Positions 26,593 to 35,842 of a stretch of 64,000 bases of DNA are shown piece after piece. Position numbers and translations under genes: made by a program. The notes beneath the pieces were generated by a model. It did no database searches. It was not told where the DNA came from and saw nothing but the letters and a program-made list of their open reading frames with translations. The stretch comes from Candidatus Dadabacteria bacterium (lineage in GTDB: Bacteria; Desulfobacterota_D; UBA1144; Nemesobacterales; Nemesobacteraceae): NCBI GenBank assembly GCA_009837205.1, contig VXTZ01000026.1, positions 7,200 through 71,199 on the forward strand, read 5' to 3'. How positions within the stretch are numbered: position 1 is the first letter of the stretch; each line of letters begins with the position of its first letter.

Positions 26593-29531
26593 TACACTCT
26601 TTCCTGTTTGACTTTCTTAAGATAGGTAATCGCGGGCTTGGTGTTTACCACTTCGAGAACCTTGTAGCCCCTATCGTCCTCGGACAGCACCGACGCCCTG
26701 CTCTTGTCGTCAAGCAGGTTGCCGAACACTATCGCATCGCTCGGGCAAGCCTGCTCGCAGGCCGTGAGAACCTCTCTGTCGCGAAGAAGCCTTCCTTCAT
26801 CCTTGGCGAGGTCCTTCCCGTAACTTATTCTCTGAACGCAGAAAGTGCATTTTTCCATGATTCCCTTCGACCTTACCGTCACGTCGGGATTAAGCTGCCA
26901 GTTAAGAGGCTCGGGGAACTTGTAGGTATACCAGTTGAACCTTCTTACCTTGTAGGTGCAGTTGTTCGCGCAGTACCTGGTGCCCACGCAGCGGTTGTAT
27001 ATCATGCCGTTTAGGCCCTCGTGGTTGTGGTAAGTCGCGAAAACCGGACACACGGGCTCGCAAGGGGCGTTTCCGCACTGCTGGCAGAGCATGGGCAGAA
27101 ATCTCACGTCAAGGCTTCCGTCGCTGTTTTTCTCAAAGAATCTCTCTATGCGAATCCAGTTCATCTCGCGGCGTTTCGCCATCTGCTTCTTCCCGACAAA
27201 GGGAATGTTGTTCTCTGCGGAACACGCGGTCACGCAGGCCCCGCAGCCGGTGCACTTGTTAAGGTCTATGGCCATTCCCCATCTGTATTTCGAGTATTCT
27301 ATTTCCGGGTAGAAGTCAGGGTGCTCCGAGTGGTGCGCTCCATGGGCGCCGTTATGATGGCCAATCTGGTCAAGAGCGATGGTCTTGGCGACGTGCCTGT
27401 CTCCCTGGCTCTTTGTGTACTGTGTCCTTACAAGCAGGTCTCTTTTCCTAAGGGATGAAACGTTCGCCTTGGTTGAAAGCAGCGAGGGTCCACCTGAAAG
27501 CGCATCGGTAGCCGCCGGCAGCAGAGCAAAGGGATTCACCCCTCTTCCCTTCGCGTACCTTCCGTAGGAAGTGTGTCCCTGCCCAATTGGAATGGCAATT
27601 GTATCCGGCCTTATTCCCTCATAGACGAAAACCTGTACCTCGAAACTTCCCCCGGGGGTATCAACCTTCACGTAAGAGCCATCCTCAAGGCCCATTTTGG
27701 CCGCGACGGCGGGATTTATCTCAAGCCACGAATCCCACACCGAAGTGGTAAGGGCATCGGGAAGTTCCTGAAGCCAAGGCTTGTTCGCCCCTCTTCCGTC
27801 AAGAAACCTGTGGGACGGATAAGCAATCAAGTGGAAATCTCCTTCTCCCCGGAACTGCGGATCGCTGAAAGAAACGGAACTTACCCCGGATGAAAGAGCG
27901 ACATTGACAGGAGCGGGGGTGGTCGTCACCGAACCTTTTACAAGAAGTTTTTTCCAGAATTTCTCGAAGCTTGTTCCGGGAGAGAGAGCCTCGGCCCTTT
28001 TCTTCCAGGCGCTTCTTAGATAGTCATAGTATTTTTTCTCTGCGAACGTGTTTTTAAGCGCCTCGACATTCTTTGAAACAGATATCAGCGTATCGCCCGC
28101 GGATTTGGTATTGAAAACTGGTCTCATGACGGGCTGAGTGATGCCGGTCACGCTCTTTTTCGGGCTGTAGTCTCCCCAGCTCTCAAAGGAAGTACTTTCG
28201 GGAAGTACGAGATGCGCCTTCTCGGAAGTCTCGTCAAGGAATGAAGAGAGGCTTACGACAAACGGCACTTTTTCAAGAGCCTCGGCAACTTTCAGTTCTC
28301 CCGGAAGCGTGAAAACCGGGTTCACGTTATGAACGATAAGAACTTCCACCTTGCCCGACCTCATTTCCTCCACCAGCTTCTTCATGTCACTGAAGCTGTT
28401 TGCATCCGAGATTGAAAGAGAATCGGAGAAATCAACCGTCTTGCCGATGTTTCCGGCAAGGTAGTTAAGTATGTTCACGGCAACCATGGTTTCGGTCGCG
28501 TTTGATCCCGTGTTGGCTGCTCCGCCCCCTATTGCCAGGCTTTTTGAAGACGCGAAGTCCCGGGCGATTTTCTCTATGGTGTCCGTGGACACGTCGGTGA
28601 GCGCTGCAACTTTTTTGGGCGTGTAGCCCGAAACCATTCTGGCTATCGGCCCCGGGGCAAACTTGTTAAGACCCTTTGAGATCATAACGTTGGCAATCCC
28701 GAGAGCAAGGTACTGCTCCGTGCCCGGTTTCGCCGCAACCCACGTATCGGCGTTTGAAGCGGTCATTCCGGAGCGCGGCTCTATATGAACGACCTGACCG
28801 GTTTTCCCGTGATCTATATCTCTTAGCTTTGAATATCCTATGGAGTTTGAAACCGCAGAAAGCCACGTTTCAAGGTAATCAGCCCCGAATGAGAGAAGGT
28901 AGTCCGCTTTGTCTATCCTGTAAGAGGGGATTTCGTCTCTTCCGAAAACAATTGAATTCGCCTTTCTGATGGGTTCATGGGAGAAAGTCTCGTAAACGTA
29001 ATGCTTTCCTCCAAGAGGCCTCAGGAACTCCGCCACGAACTTCGAGTAAGTTCCCGACACGTTGTTGCTCAGATAGACGATCTTCCCCGAGCCGAGAGAA
29101 TTTAATTTTTCTGTGAGTATCCCTTCACCCCTCTCCCAGCCTATGGCCTCGAGTCTCTGGGTTTCAGTGTTGCGTACAAGCGGGGAGCGGACCCTGTCGG
29201 GGTTGTAGAGACCCTGTAGGGAAGCCTGGCCCATGGCGCACGTCTTTCCCCTGTTTATAGGGCTCTCGGGATTGCCTTCAACCTTGATGGCCCGTCCCTC
29301 GCGGTTTTTCACCACGAGACCGCAGCCCGACGAGCACTCCCTGCAGGTCGTCGCGTAGAACTTGGGTACTCCGGGAATAATATTTTCAGGAGGAATAACG
29401 TAAGGGATTATCTGCTCCACCGGCTCCGAACAACTTCCGGCAACAGCTGCCGTACCGCCGGCTACCCCGATCACTTTCAGGAAATCCCTTCTCTTCATGC
29501 CGTTTTTTCCTTTATTTTCTTTCCGAGACAT
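26592..29531 (-). CDS. actB: Alternative Complex III subunit ActB (molybdopterin-oxidoreductase-like domain fused to 4Fe-4S ferredoxin domain), Tat signal
   Basis: Twin-arginine motif KRRDFLKV and an N-terminal CRECSSGC...C cluster motif. The C-terminal third has several CxxCxxCxxxC ferredoxin motifs. ATG at 29531 has GGAGGGG upstream. Confidence 0.85.
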   Translation of the reverse strand: MSRKENKGKNGMKRRDFLKVIGVAGGTAAVAGSCSEPVEQIIPYVIPPENIIPGVPKFYATTCRECSSGCGLVVKNREGRAIKVEGNPESPINRGKTCAMGQASLQGLYNPDRVRSPLVRNTETQRLEAIGWERGEGILTEKLNSLGSGKIVYLSNNVSGTYSKFVAEFLRPLGGKHYVYETFSHEPIRKANSIVFGRDEIPSYRIDKADYLLSFGADYLETWLSAVSNSIGYSKLRDIDHGKTGQVVHIEPRSGMTASNADTWVAAKPGTEQYLALGIANVMISKGLNKFAPGPIARMVSGYTPKKVAALTDVSTDTIEKIARDFASSKSLAIGGGAANTGSNATETMVAVNILNYLAGNIGKTVDFSDSLSISDANSFSDMKKLVEEMRSGKVEVLIVHNVNPVFTLPGELKVAEALEKVPFVVSLSSFLDETSEKAHLVLPESTSFESWGDYSPKKSVTGITQPVMRPVFNTKSAGDTLISVSKNVEALKNTFAEKKYYDYLRSAWKKRAEALSPGTSFEKFWKKLLVKGSVTTTPAPVNVALSSGVSSVSFSDPQFRGEGDFHLIAYPSHRFLDGRGANKPWLQELPDALTTSVWDSWLEINPAVAAKMGLEDGSYVKVDTPGGSFEVQVFVYEGIRPDTIAIPIGQGHTSYGRYAKGRGVNPFALLPAATDALSGGPSLLSTKANVSSLRKRDLLVRTQYTKSQGDRHVAKTIALDQIGHHNGAHGAHHSEHPDFYPEIEYSKYRWGMAIDLNKCTGCGACVTACSAENNIPFVGKKQMAKRREMNWIRIERFFEKNSDGSLDVRFLPMLCQQCGNAPCEPVCPVFATYHNHEGLNGMIYNRCVGTRYCANNCTYKVRRFNWYTYKFPEPLNWQLNPDVTVRSKGIMEKCTFCVQRISYGKDLAKDEGRLLRDREVLTACEQACPSDAIVFGNLLDDKSRASVLSEDDRGYKVLEVVNTKPAITYLKKVKQERV

Positions 29532-29545
29532 ATATCCCCTCCGGC

Positions 29546-30148
29546 CTAGTAATGGCAGGTCAGACAATCCTTAAGTTCGGTCTTATGTTCCTCGTTGTCG
29601 GCGTTTTCTTCGTGACACGATATGCAGAATCCCATCGTCAGGTCCTCTGCCTTGTGCACCACGTCCATCTTCTCAACTTCCCCGTGACAGGTGCTGCACT
29701 CAAATCCGCGCTTTATATGCCTTTTATGGTTAAAACGTACAAACTCCGGCATTCCCGCGGAGGTCGTGCCGTACATTCCGGTAACCTTTACCCACGGTAT
29801 CGGTTCCTGCCTGCGCCAATAACCCTTTACCTTGTTTATTTCCTCTCTTATGTTGATCGTCTGCCCCCCTTGCGTTGTGTACTCAACGTCCCTTCCGGCA
29901 ACATAAGAATGACATCCCATGCACTTCTGCACCGAGGGGATACCGGGATGGGGGGAAACTTCCGTGTAGCTGTGGCAGGTCTGACACTGTATCTGGTTGT
30001 CATCAGCGTGTATCTTGTGGCTGAAAAGAACCGGCTGCGCGGGGCCCTTGTCGCTACTCTCGGCAGTTTCCGCATAAAGGTAAAGACCCGCCGTCACAAG
30101 TAAAACGGTCATAGCGATACGCAAGAATCTGTGTGTATCTCTCTTCAT
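29546..30148 (-). CDS. actA: Alternative Complex III subunit ActA (pentaheme cytochrome c)
   Basis: Five CxxCH sites (CQTCH, CMGCH, CSTCH, CISCH, CLTCH) and an N-terminal membrane anchor. Confidence 0.85.
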   Translation of the reverse strand: MKRDTHRFLRIAMTVLLVTAGLYLYAETAESSDKGPAQPVLFSHKIHADDNQIQCQTCHSYTEVSPHPGIPSVQKCMGCHSYVAGRDVEYTTQGGQTINIREEINKVKGYWRRQEPIPWVKVTGMYGTTSAGMPEFVRFNHKRHIKRGFECSTCHGEVEKMDVVHKAEDLTMGFCISCHEENADNEEHKTELKDCLTCHY

Positions 30149-30171
30149 CCTAAATTTGCTGAAAAACGGGT

Positions 30172-30197
30172 TTATTAATCAGGAAGCAGATTAATAA
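30172..30197 (-). promoter_or_regulatory. perfect 9-bp inverted repeat TTATTAATC-N8-GATTAATAA in the actA leader
   Basis: Read directly from the sequence. It lies between the candidate promoter (30207..30235) and the actA ATG at 30148, so it could be an operator or an AU-rich 5'-UTR hairpin. Confidence 0.3.
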
Positions 30198-30206
30198 TGG
30201 GGTAGT

Positions 30207-30235
30207 ATTATTAGCAAGTTCTTCAAATCTGTCAA
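30207..30235 (-). promoter_or_regulatory. candidate sigma70-type promoter of the act operon
   Basis: On the minus strand: TTGACA (30235..30230), a 17-nt spacer, then AATAAT (30212..30207). Confidence 0.4.
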
Positions 30236-30314
30236 GAACTCAGAAACCGCTCTGGAAAAACCGCGAAACTCTAAAGAAAAAAGCCGGCGGAGACTGGTTA
30301 CAGCCCGGGGAAAA

Positions 30315-31073
30315 TCACCGCCGTGTTTTCTCCGAAAGCTCGCTCAAAAAGGCATCCGCTGAGAATTTTCCACCGAAAAGCGGGGAAAAACAGTTCTCCC
30401 CAATACCCTTGAGTCCCGAAAAGGAGCCGCCTTCTACGTCAAGCCCCGGCAAATGGGGCAGGACCCCGAGTATGTTCACCGAGAAAACATCCCTCAAGAC
30501 GGCTGGGTTGGTCGCTGAAGCCACGTCCGCAGGTTCTGGAAACCCGTTTATCACTACCCCAAGCACACGTGCGCCCCTTTGCCTCGCGTACTCAAGAGAA
30601 AGGGCGGTATGGTTAAGGGTGCCGAGCCCCGGACGCACGACTATAACCATCGGGGCACCAAGATCAACGGCAAGGTCGGCCATCATGTAGCTCTCGGTAA
30701 CGGGCACGCAGAGACCTCCTGCGCCTTCAACGAGGGTTACGTCGTTTCGGGATATATAATCCCGCGTATGTTCTATTATGTCCTCAAGAGGAATATCAGC
30801 CCCTTCAATCGAGGCAGCTCGATAGGGAGAAAGGGGAACTTTCAGGCGGCAGGGAGAAACCTCCGAGAGCACGCAGTCTTTTCCCAGAAATGCGTAGATG
30901 AACTCGGCGTCGCTCAGGCCTTCGAGATCCGTTCCAGTCTGAAACGGCTTTATTACTCCGGTCACAAGACCTTTTTCCCGGAGAAGAGCCGCAAGCGCCG
31001 CAGTGACCGCGGTTTTCCCCACTCCCGTGTCGGTACCGGTTATGAAAACGGCTTTGGGAAGATCCTTCATCAA
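30315..31073 (-). CDS. bioD: dethiobiotin synthase
   Basis: FITGTDTGVGKT P-loop, ~250 aa, and a BioD-like EGAGG motif. Confidence 0.85.
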   Translation of the reverse strand: MMKDLPKAVFITGTDTGVGKTAVTAALAALLREKGLVTGVIKPFQTGTDLEGLSDAEFIYAFLGKDCVLSEVSPCRLKVPLSPYRAASIEGADIPLEDIIEHTRDYISRNDVTLVEGAGGLCVPVTESYMMADLAVDLGAPMVIVVRPGLGTLNHTALSLEYARQRGARVLGVVINGFPEPADVASATNPAVLRDVFSVNILGVLPHLPGLDVEGGSFSGLKGIGENCFSPLFGGKFSADAFLSELSEKTRR

Positions 31074-31089
31074 ATTCGCGGCAGGAAAA

Positions 31090-31554
31090 CTACAAACCCA
31101 GTTCTCTTACCTTCTCGGTTACCTCTTCAGCGTGAGACGAGGTCTTTACCTTTTTCCAGATATGGGCTATCCTGCCACCTTTTTCTATAAGGAAAGTAAC
31201 CCTGCGGGCGGTATCGAACTTGCTTTTTATCCCGTACAGATCCACTATCTCCCTGCTTTTATCGCTCAGCAGCGGGAAATTGAGTGAAAACTTGTTTCTG
31301 AAGTTCTCATGGGACTTAACCCCGTCTGTGCTTACCCCCAGGACCTGCACTCCAAGAGACATAAGTTCCTCCTCCGCATCGCGAAGCGAGCAGGCCTCCT
31401 TGGTACAGCCAGAAGTGTTGTCTCTGGGATAGAAGTAAAGAGCTACGGTCCCTTTAGAGTAAAAGTCGCTCAGTCTTACCTTCTCCGCCCCATAGGTTTC
31501 GGCTTCAAAATCAGGGGCCTGGCTCCCTACCTCAAGATTTTCTCCCATCTCCAA
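31090..31554 (-). CDS. bcp: peroxiredoxin Bcp (thioredoxin-dependent thiol peroxidase), copy 1
   Basis: FYPRDNTSGCTKEAC, i.e. PxxxTxxC with the resolving Cys five residues downstream. Confidence 0.85.
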   Translation of the reverse strand: MEMGENLEVGSQAPDFEAETYGAEKVRLSDFYSKGTVALYFYPRDNTSGCTKEACSLRDAEEELMSLGVQVLGVSTDGVKSHENFRNKFSLNFPLLSDKSREIVDLYGIKSKFDTARRVTFLIEKGGRIAHIWKKVKTSSHAEEVTEKVRELGL

Positions 31555-31586
31555 CCTCCTTGGTCACGGCGGAAAAGCACGGGGAA

Positions 31587-31910
31587 TCAGAACATCCCCA
31601 AGCTTTCCTTTGCCGCTTCGCTCATCTTTCCTGGATCCCAGGGAGGATCCCACACGATCTCGATGTTTACCTCGGAGACCCCGTCAAGCTCCTCGACAAG
31701 GTACTTGGCCTCGGCAACTATCTGCGTTGCGGCGGGACATCCGGGAGACGTCATAGTCATATCGATATTCACCCGGGAATCTTCTATGGCAACCCGGTAA
31801 ACAAGCCCCAGATTGACTATATCTATCGGTATCTCGGGATCGTATATGTCGCCGAGGACCTCCATCACGTCATCTTTGGTCACTTCGAATTTTTCAGTCG
31901 TCTCGCTCAT
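31587..31910 (-). CDS. DUF59/MIP18-family Fe-S cluster assembly protein (SufT-like)
   Basis: VMEVLGDIYDPEIPIDIVNLGLVY...MTMTSPGCP motif. Confidence 0.75.
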   Translation of the reverse strand: MSETTEKFEVTKDDVMEVLGDIYDPEIPIDIVNLGLVYRVAIEDSRVNIDMTMTSPGCPAATQIVAEAKYLVEELDGVSEVNIEIVWDPPWDPGKMSEAAKESLGMF

Positions 31911-31937
31911 CGAAAAAAGACCTTTACTTAAAAAATA

Positions 31938-32195
31938 TCATTCCCCAGCCTGCAACTCAACACCGCATCTGGGACAGAAACCATCAGACTCTCGGTATTC
32001 GTAGTATTCGCCACAGTAAGAACAAAGCTTTACCTTGGGTCTCGTGATAAGCCACAGCGGCAGAAACAATATGAGGACGAAAAACACGCCGAGGAACCAT
32101 AAAAACGCCTTCCCAGTGCTCTTACCCCTGTTTTTCGCATCCGTATAAACCCAGAAAGCGGCTATAAACGCGATCGCCAGTCCAAGAAATTGCAT
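31938..32195 (-). CDS. small membrane protein with C-terminal zinc ribbon
   Basis: Two hydrophobic helices followed by CSYCG...CPRCG. Confidence 0.45.
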   Translation of the reverse strand: MQFLGLAIAFIAAFWVYTDAKNRGKSTGKAFLWFLGVFFVLILFLPLWLITRPKVKLCSYCGEYYEYRESDGFCPRCGVELQAGE

Positions 32196-32240
32196 GGTAA
32201 TCCCTATTTCCTATAGAAAATTATATGCTTTGTTCACCGT

Positions 32241-32705
32241 TTAAAGACCTAGTTCTTTTACCTTGATGAGTATCTCTTCGGCATGGGACGAGGGTTTAAC
32301 TTTGTGCCAAATATACGCTATCCTGCCACCTTTTTCTATAAGGAAGGTGGTCCTGCGAGCAACGAAGGGGATGAGCCTCCACCTTGCCCCGTACAGATCC
32401 ACTATCTTCCTTCTTTTGTCGCTCAACAACGGGAAATTGAGTGAAAACTTGTCTCTGAACTTCTCATGGGACTTTACCCCGTCTGTGCTTACCCCCAAGA
32501 CCTGTACTCCAAGAGATGCAAGTTCCCGCTCCGCATTGCGAAGCGAACAAGCCTCCCAAATACAGCCCGTACTGTTGTCCCTAGGATAAAAGTAAAGCAC
32601 CACGGTACCTTTAGAATAAAAGTCGCTCAACCTTACCTTCTCCGCTCCGTAGGTTTCGGTTTCAAAATCAGGGGCCTGGCTCCCTACCTCAAGATTTCTT
32701 CCCAT
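32241..32705 (-). CDS. bcp: peroxiredoxin Bcp, copy 2 (diverged paralog)
   Basis: FYPRDNSTGCIWEAC. About four-fifths of residues are identical to copy 1 by eye, and long near-identical nucleotide runs are visible. Confidence 0.85.
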   Translation of the reverse strand: MGRNLEVGSQAPDFETETYGAEKVRLSDFYSKGTVVLYFYPRDNSTGCIWEACSLRNAERELASLGVQVLGVSTDGVKSHEKFRDKFSLNFPLLSDKRRKIVDLYGARWRLIPFVARRTTFLIEKGGRIAYIWHKVKPSSHAEEILIKVKELGL

Positions 32706-32718
32706 AATAATTCCCCCT

Positions 32719-33231
32719 CTATCCTGTTGATTTTATCACCTCAAGCGCCGCATTGTAATCTGGCTCGTTCACTATGTCTCCAACGTACTCAACGTGCTCA
32801 ATAACATTATCACGACCCACAACGAAAATCGCGCGGGCAAGAAGCCTGTTCTCCTTTATGAGCACCCCGTAGGCCTCTCCGAAAGAGGCGTACTGGTAAT
32901 CTGACGCCGTCCTTACCCTCTCCACTCCGGCGGCCGCGCAGTAGCGGCTCTGCGCGAAAGGAAGATCCATGCTCACCGTTATTATCTGGACCGAATCAGA
33001 AAGCGCCGCCGCTTCCTCGTTGAACCTTCTGATCTGGACATCGCAGACCGGCGTATCCACCGAAACCACCACGTTGAACACCTTCACGTCATCGCCGAAA
33101 TTCTCAAGGCTTACCTCGCTTCCCAAGGTTTCCACGCACCTGAAATCGGGAGCCTGATCGCCTTTTTTCAGTTCAGGACCGATAAGGGTAATCGGATTGC
33201 CTTTCATCTTTACCGCATCATCTCTTTCCAT
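32719..33231 (-). CDS. tpx: thiol peroxidase Tpx
   Basis: VSVDTPVCDVQIRRFN peroxidatic Cys motif, ~170 aa. Confidence 0.85.
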   Translation of the reverse strand: MERDDAVKMKGNPITLIGPELKKGDQAPDFRCVETLGSEVSLENFGDDVKVFNVVVSVDTPVCDVQIRRFNEEAAALSDSVQIITVSMDLPFAQSRYCAAAGVERVRTASDYQYASFGEAYGVLIKENRLLARAIFVVGRDNVIEHVEYVGDIVNEPDYNAALEVIKSTG

Positions 33232-33246
33232 CTGGCTTTTTCCTCC

Positions 33247-33597
33247 TCAAAGCTGTTTTTCTTCAATATCAAGATTTATTTTCTTGGCCGTCACGTTCGC
33301 GTCGTAAATCGATATCCCCGCAATGAAAAGCGTCGCAAGAGAGTACCCCGCAACGAGAGTAAGCGTAGAACGGGGAATATCTTCGAGTGTCTGAGTATCC
33401 GCAAACTCAAGGAAAACCTCAAGCGGTTCGCGCGAGAGGATATTCACTATTATTATAAGGGCGAATATCGAGATGCCCTTAGCAAACTGCCCGTTATAGA
33501 GCTGTCCCAGTCCCGGGAAAAAAAGGGAAAGCAAAACTGCCAGCCAAGGTCTTTTTCTTCCTTCTCCACGCATGCTCCACAAGCACTCCATCAGCAA
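33247..33597 (-). CDS. hypothetical membrane protein
   Basis: Hydrophobic helices with an FFPGLGQLYNGQ motif. Overlaps the trpC stop. The start codon is uncertain. Confidence 0.4.
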   Translation of the reverse strand: MLMECLWSMRGEGRKRPWLAVLLSLFFPGLGQLYNGQFAKGISIFALIIIVNILSREPLEVFLEFADTQTLEDIPRSTLTLVAGYSLATLFIAGISIYDANVTAKKINLDIEEKQL

Positions 33598-34364
33598 AGA
33601 AAACCGCGAAGAGCCTCCCCGGGGCTTTTGGCTTTCATAAATGTTTCTCCTATAAGAAAAGTGTCTATACCGCAGGCCATAAGTCCTTCCATATCGTTGA
33701 CCGACGATATGCCGCTTTCGCTTATTATGATTTTTCCTTCAGGCACCATGCCGGAAAGCCTCTTTGACACGTCAAGTGAAACGTCGAATGTCCGAAGGTC
33801 TCTGTTATTTATGCCGATTATTTCGCTTCCCGCCAGCAGGGCGGTCTCGAGTTCCTCCTCGCCGTGCACCTCCACGATGCAGTTCATTCCTAGGGAACCT
33901 GAGAGAGAAAGATATTCCTCTATTTGCCCGCGGTCCAAGACGGCGACTATAAGAAGCACGAGGTCAGCCCCGTGGCACCTTGCCTCGTAGACCTGGTAGG
34001 GGTCTATGGTGAAATCCTTTCTCAGAATCGGAAGCGCCGAGTGAGTTCTTATATCGGAGAGATAGGAGATATCGCCTCCGAAAAACTTGCGGTCGGTAAG
34101 AACTGAAAGCGCAAAAGCCCCCGAGGCTTCATACTCCCGGGCAATAGAGAAATGATCGAAATCATCCCTTATGACTCCCTTGGAAGGAGAAGCCCGTTTT
34201 ATTTCCGATATTATCTTCACCCCCCGGGTCTCTGCGTGAAGAGCGGCAAAATCAATTGCCGGGGAACGGTCCGCGGCGGCGGACACGAGTTCTTCAAGAG
34301 GAAGCTTTTTTTTCGCCTCATCCAGTTCCTGCCTTTTATACGCAACTATATCGTCAAGAATCAT
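33591..34364 (-). CDS. trpC: indole-3-glycerol phosphate synthase
   Basis: IISEIKRASPSKG...LRKDF...GINNRDL motifs. Confidence 0.9.
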   Translation of the reverse strand: MILDDIVAYKRQELDEAKKKLPLEELVSAAADRSPAIDFAALHAETRGVKIISEIKRASPSKGVIRDDFDHFSIAREYEASGAFALSVLTDRKFFGGDISYLSDIRTHSALPILRKDFTIDPYQVYEARCHGADLVLLIVAVLDRGQIEEYLSLSGSLGMNCIVEVHGEEELETALLAGSEIIGINNRDLRTFDVSLDVSKRLSGMVPEGKIIISESGISSVNDMEGLMACGIDTFLIGETFMKAKSPGEALRGFLC

Positions 34365-35388
34365 TCGGCTGGTTCCGGTTGGTAATTTCGATCAGCATCT
34401 CAAGCTTTCCAAGCGCGGCCCCGCTTAAAAGAGAATCTTTGGCCAGAGCTAGTGCTTCCGCAAGGCTCGCCGCCTTACCCGAAACGTATATGGCCGCCAT
34501 CGCGTTAAGTAGGCTCGCGTCTGTCTTCGCACCGTTCTCCCCTCCTCTCAGTACAGAAAGGGTTATCTCCGCGTTTTCGGCCGCGCTCGCGCCGCCCCTG
34601 AGTTCTTCCTGCGAGCCGGTTTTTACACCAAAATCTTCGGGGTGCAGATCGTACTCGGCGATTTCGCCGTCTCGAAGTTCGGCCACTTTGGTGCTTCCCG
34701 TAACGGTTATCTCGTCCATGCACCCTTCTCCATGAACCACCATGACCTTTTGCGAACCCAGGTTTTTAAGCACTTCGGCGACGGGAACGAGAAGCTGCGG
34801 TGAGTAGACTCCCATAACCTGATTTTTTACTCCCGCGGGATTTACCACGGGACCTATCAGGTTAAAAACAGTCCTTATTCCGAGTTCCTTTCTGCACTTT
34901 GCTACATTTCTCATGGCGGGGTGATATACGGGAGCGAAAAGAAAAGCTATGCCCGTTTCCGAAAGACATTTCTGCGCAAGAGACGGAGAAATACCTATTT
35001 TCACCCCAAGTGCTTCCAGAACGTCCGCGCTTCCGACCGGGCTTGAAACCGACCTGTTGCCGTGCTTTGCAACCGTGACTCCCGCTCCTGAGACTATGAA
35101 GGCAGCGGTTGTGGATATGTTAAATGTCCCGCTTCCGTCACCACCGGTCCCGCAGAGATCCACTGCGGTTTCCCTGTCGCAGTCTATCTTTTCGGCCTTA
35201 CCCAAAAGGGCCTTCGCAACGCCGGTTATCTCGGAAACGGTTTCCCCCTTCATGCGAAGCGCCGTAAGAAAGGCAGCCATCTGGCTTTCGGGAAGTTCCC
35301 CCTCCATCATAAGGTCAAAGACCGCGGCCACCTCTTTTTCCGAGAGATCCCCGCCTTCCACAAGCTTTGAGATTACCTCAGTTATCAT
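34354..35388 (-). CDS. trpD: anthranilate phosphoribosyltransferase
   Basis: DLCGTGGDGSGTFNIST and KHGNRSVSS motifs. Confidence 0.9.
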   Translation of the reverse strand: MITEVISKLVEGGDLSEKEVAAVFDLMMEGELPESQMAAFLTALRMKGETVSEITGVAKALLGKAEKIDCDRETAVDLCGTGGDGSGTFNISTTAAFIVSGAGVTVAKHGNRSVSSPVGSADVLEALGVKIGISPSLAQKCLSETGIAFLFAPVYHPAMRNVAKCRKELGIRTVFNLIGPVVNPAGVKNQVMGVYSPQLLVPVAEVLKNLGSQKVMVVHGEGCMDEITVTGSTKVAELRDGEIAEYDLHPEDFGVKTGSQEELRGGASAAENAEITLSVLRGGENGAKTDASLLNAMAAIYVSGKAASLAEALALAKDSLLSGAALGKLEMLIEITNRNQPNDS

Positions 35389-35833
35389 TGCTTAACTCGC
35401 CTTTTTCCATGCCTTTTCCGATTTTATCGAGAATGCCGTTTATAAACGCGGCGGAGGTCTCCGACCCGAACTCCTTGGCCACTTCGATCGCCTCGTTTAT
35501 AGTAACAGGCAGGGGTATATCGCTCAAGAAAACGATCTCGTAAACCGAGAGGCGCAGAATGTTCCTGTCTATCATGGACATTCTCGACACCCTCCAGTGT
35601 TCAGAAGATCTGTTTAAGATGCTGTCTATGGCGTCGATATTTTCCAAAACGCCCTGGCAGAGCAGAAACGCAAATTCAAGCGTTTCGCCGTCCGCCGCTT
35701 CGTGATGAAGTAAACAGAAAGACTCAAAATCGGAACGCGGGTTGGATAAACGTGGGGAACCGTCCCCTGAGGCTGAATCAACCTGATAGAGAAACTGAAG
35801 GGCGGTTTCTCTTGATAACCTTCTCTTCCCCAT
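35378..35833 (-). CDS. nusB: transcription antitermination factor NusB
   Basis: RRLSRETALQFLYQ...INEAIEVAKEFG pattern, downstream of ribH as in many bacteria. Confidence 0.85.
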   Translation of the reverse strand: MGKRRLSRETALQFLYQVDSASGDGSPRLSNPRSDFESFCLLHHEAADGETLEFAFLLCQGVLENIDAIDSILNRSSEHWRVSRMSMIDRNILRLSVYEIVFLSDIPLPVTINEAIEVAKEFGSETSAAFINGILDKIGKGMEKGELSNDN

Positions 35834-35842
35834 CTGGTAAAT

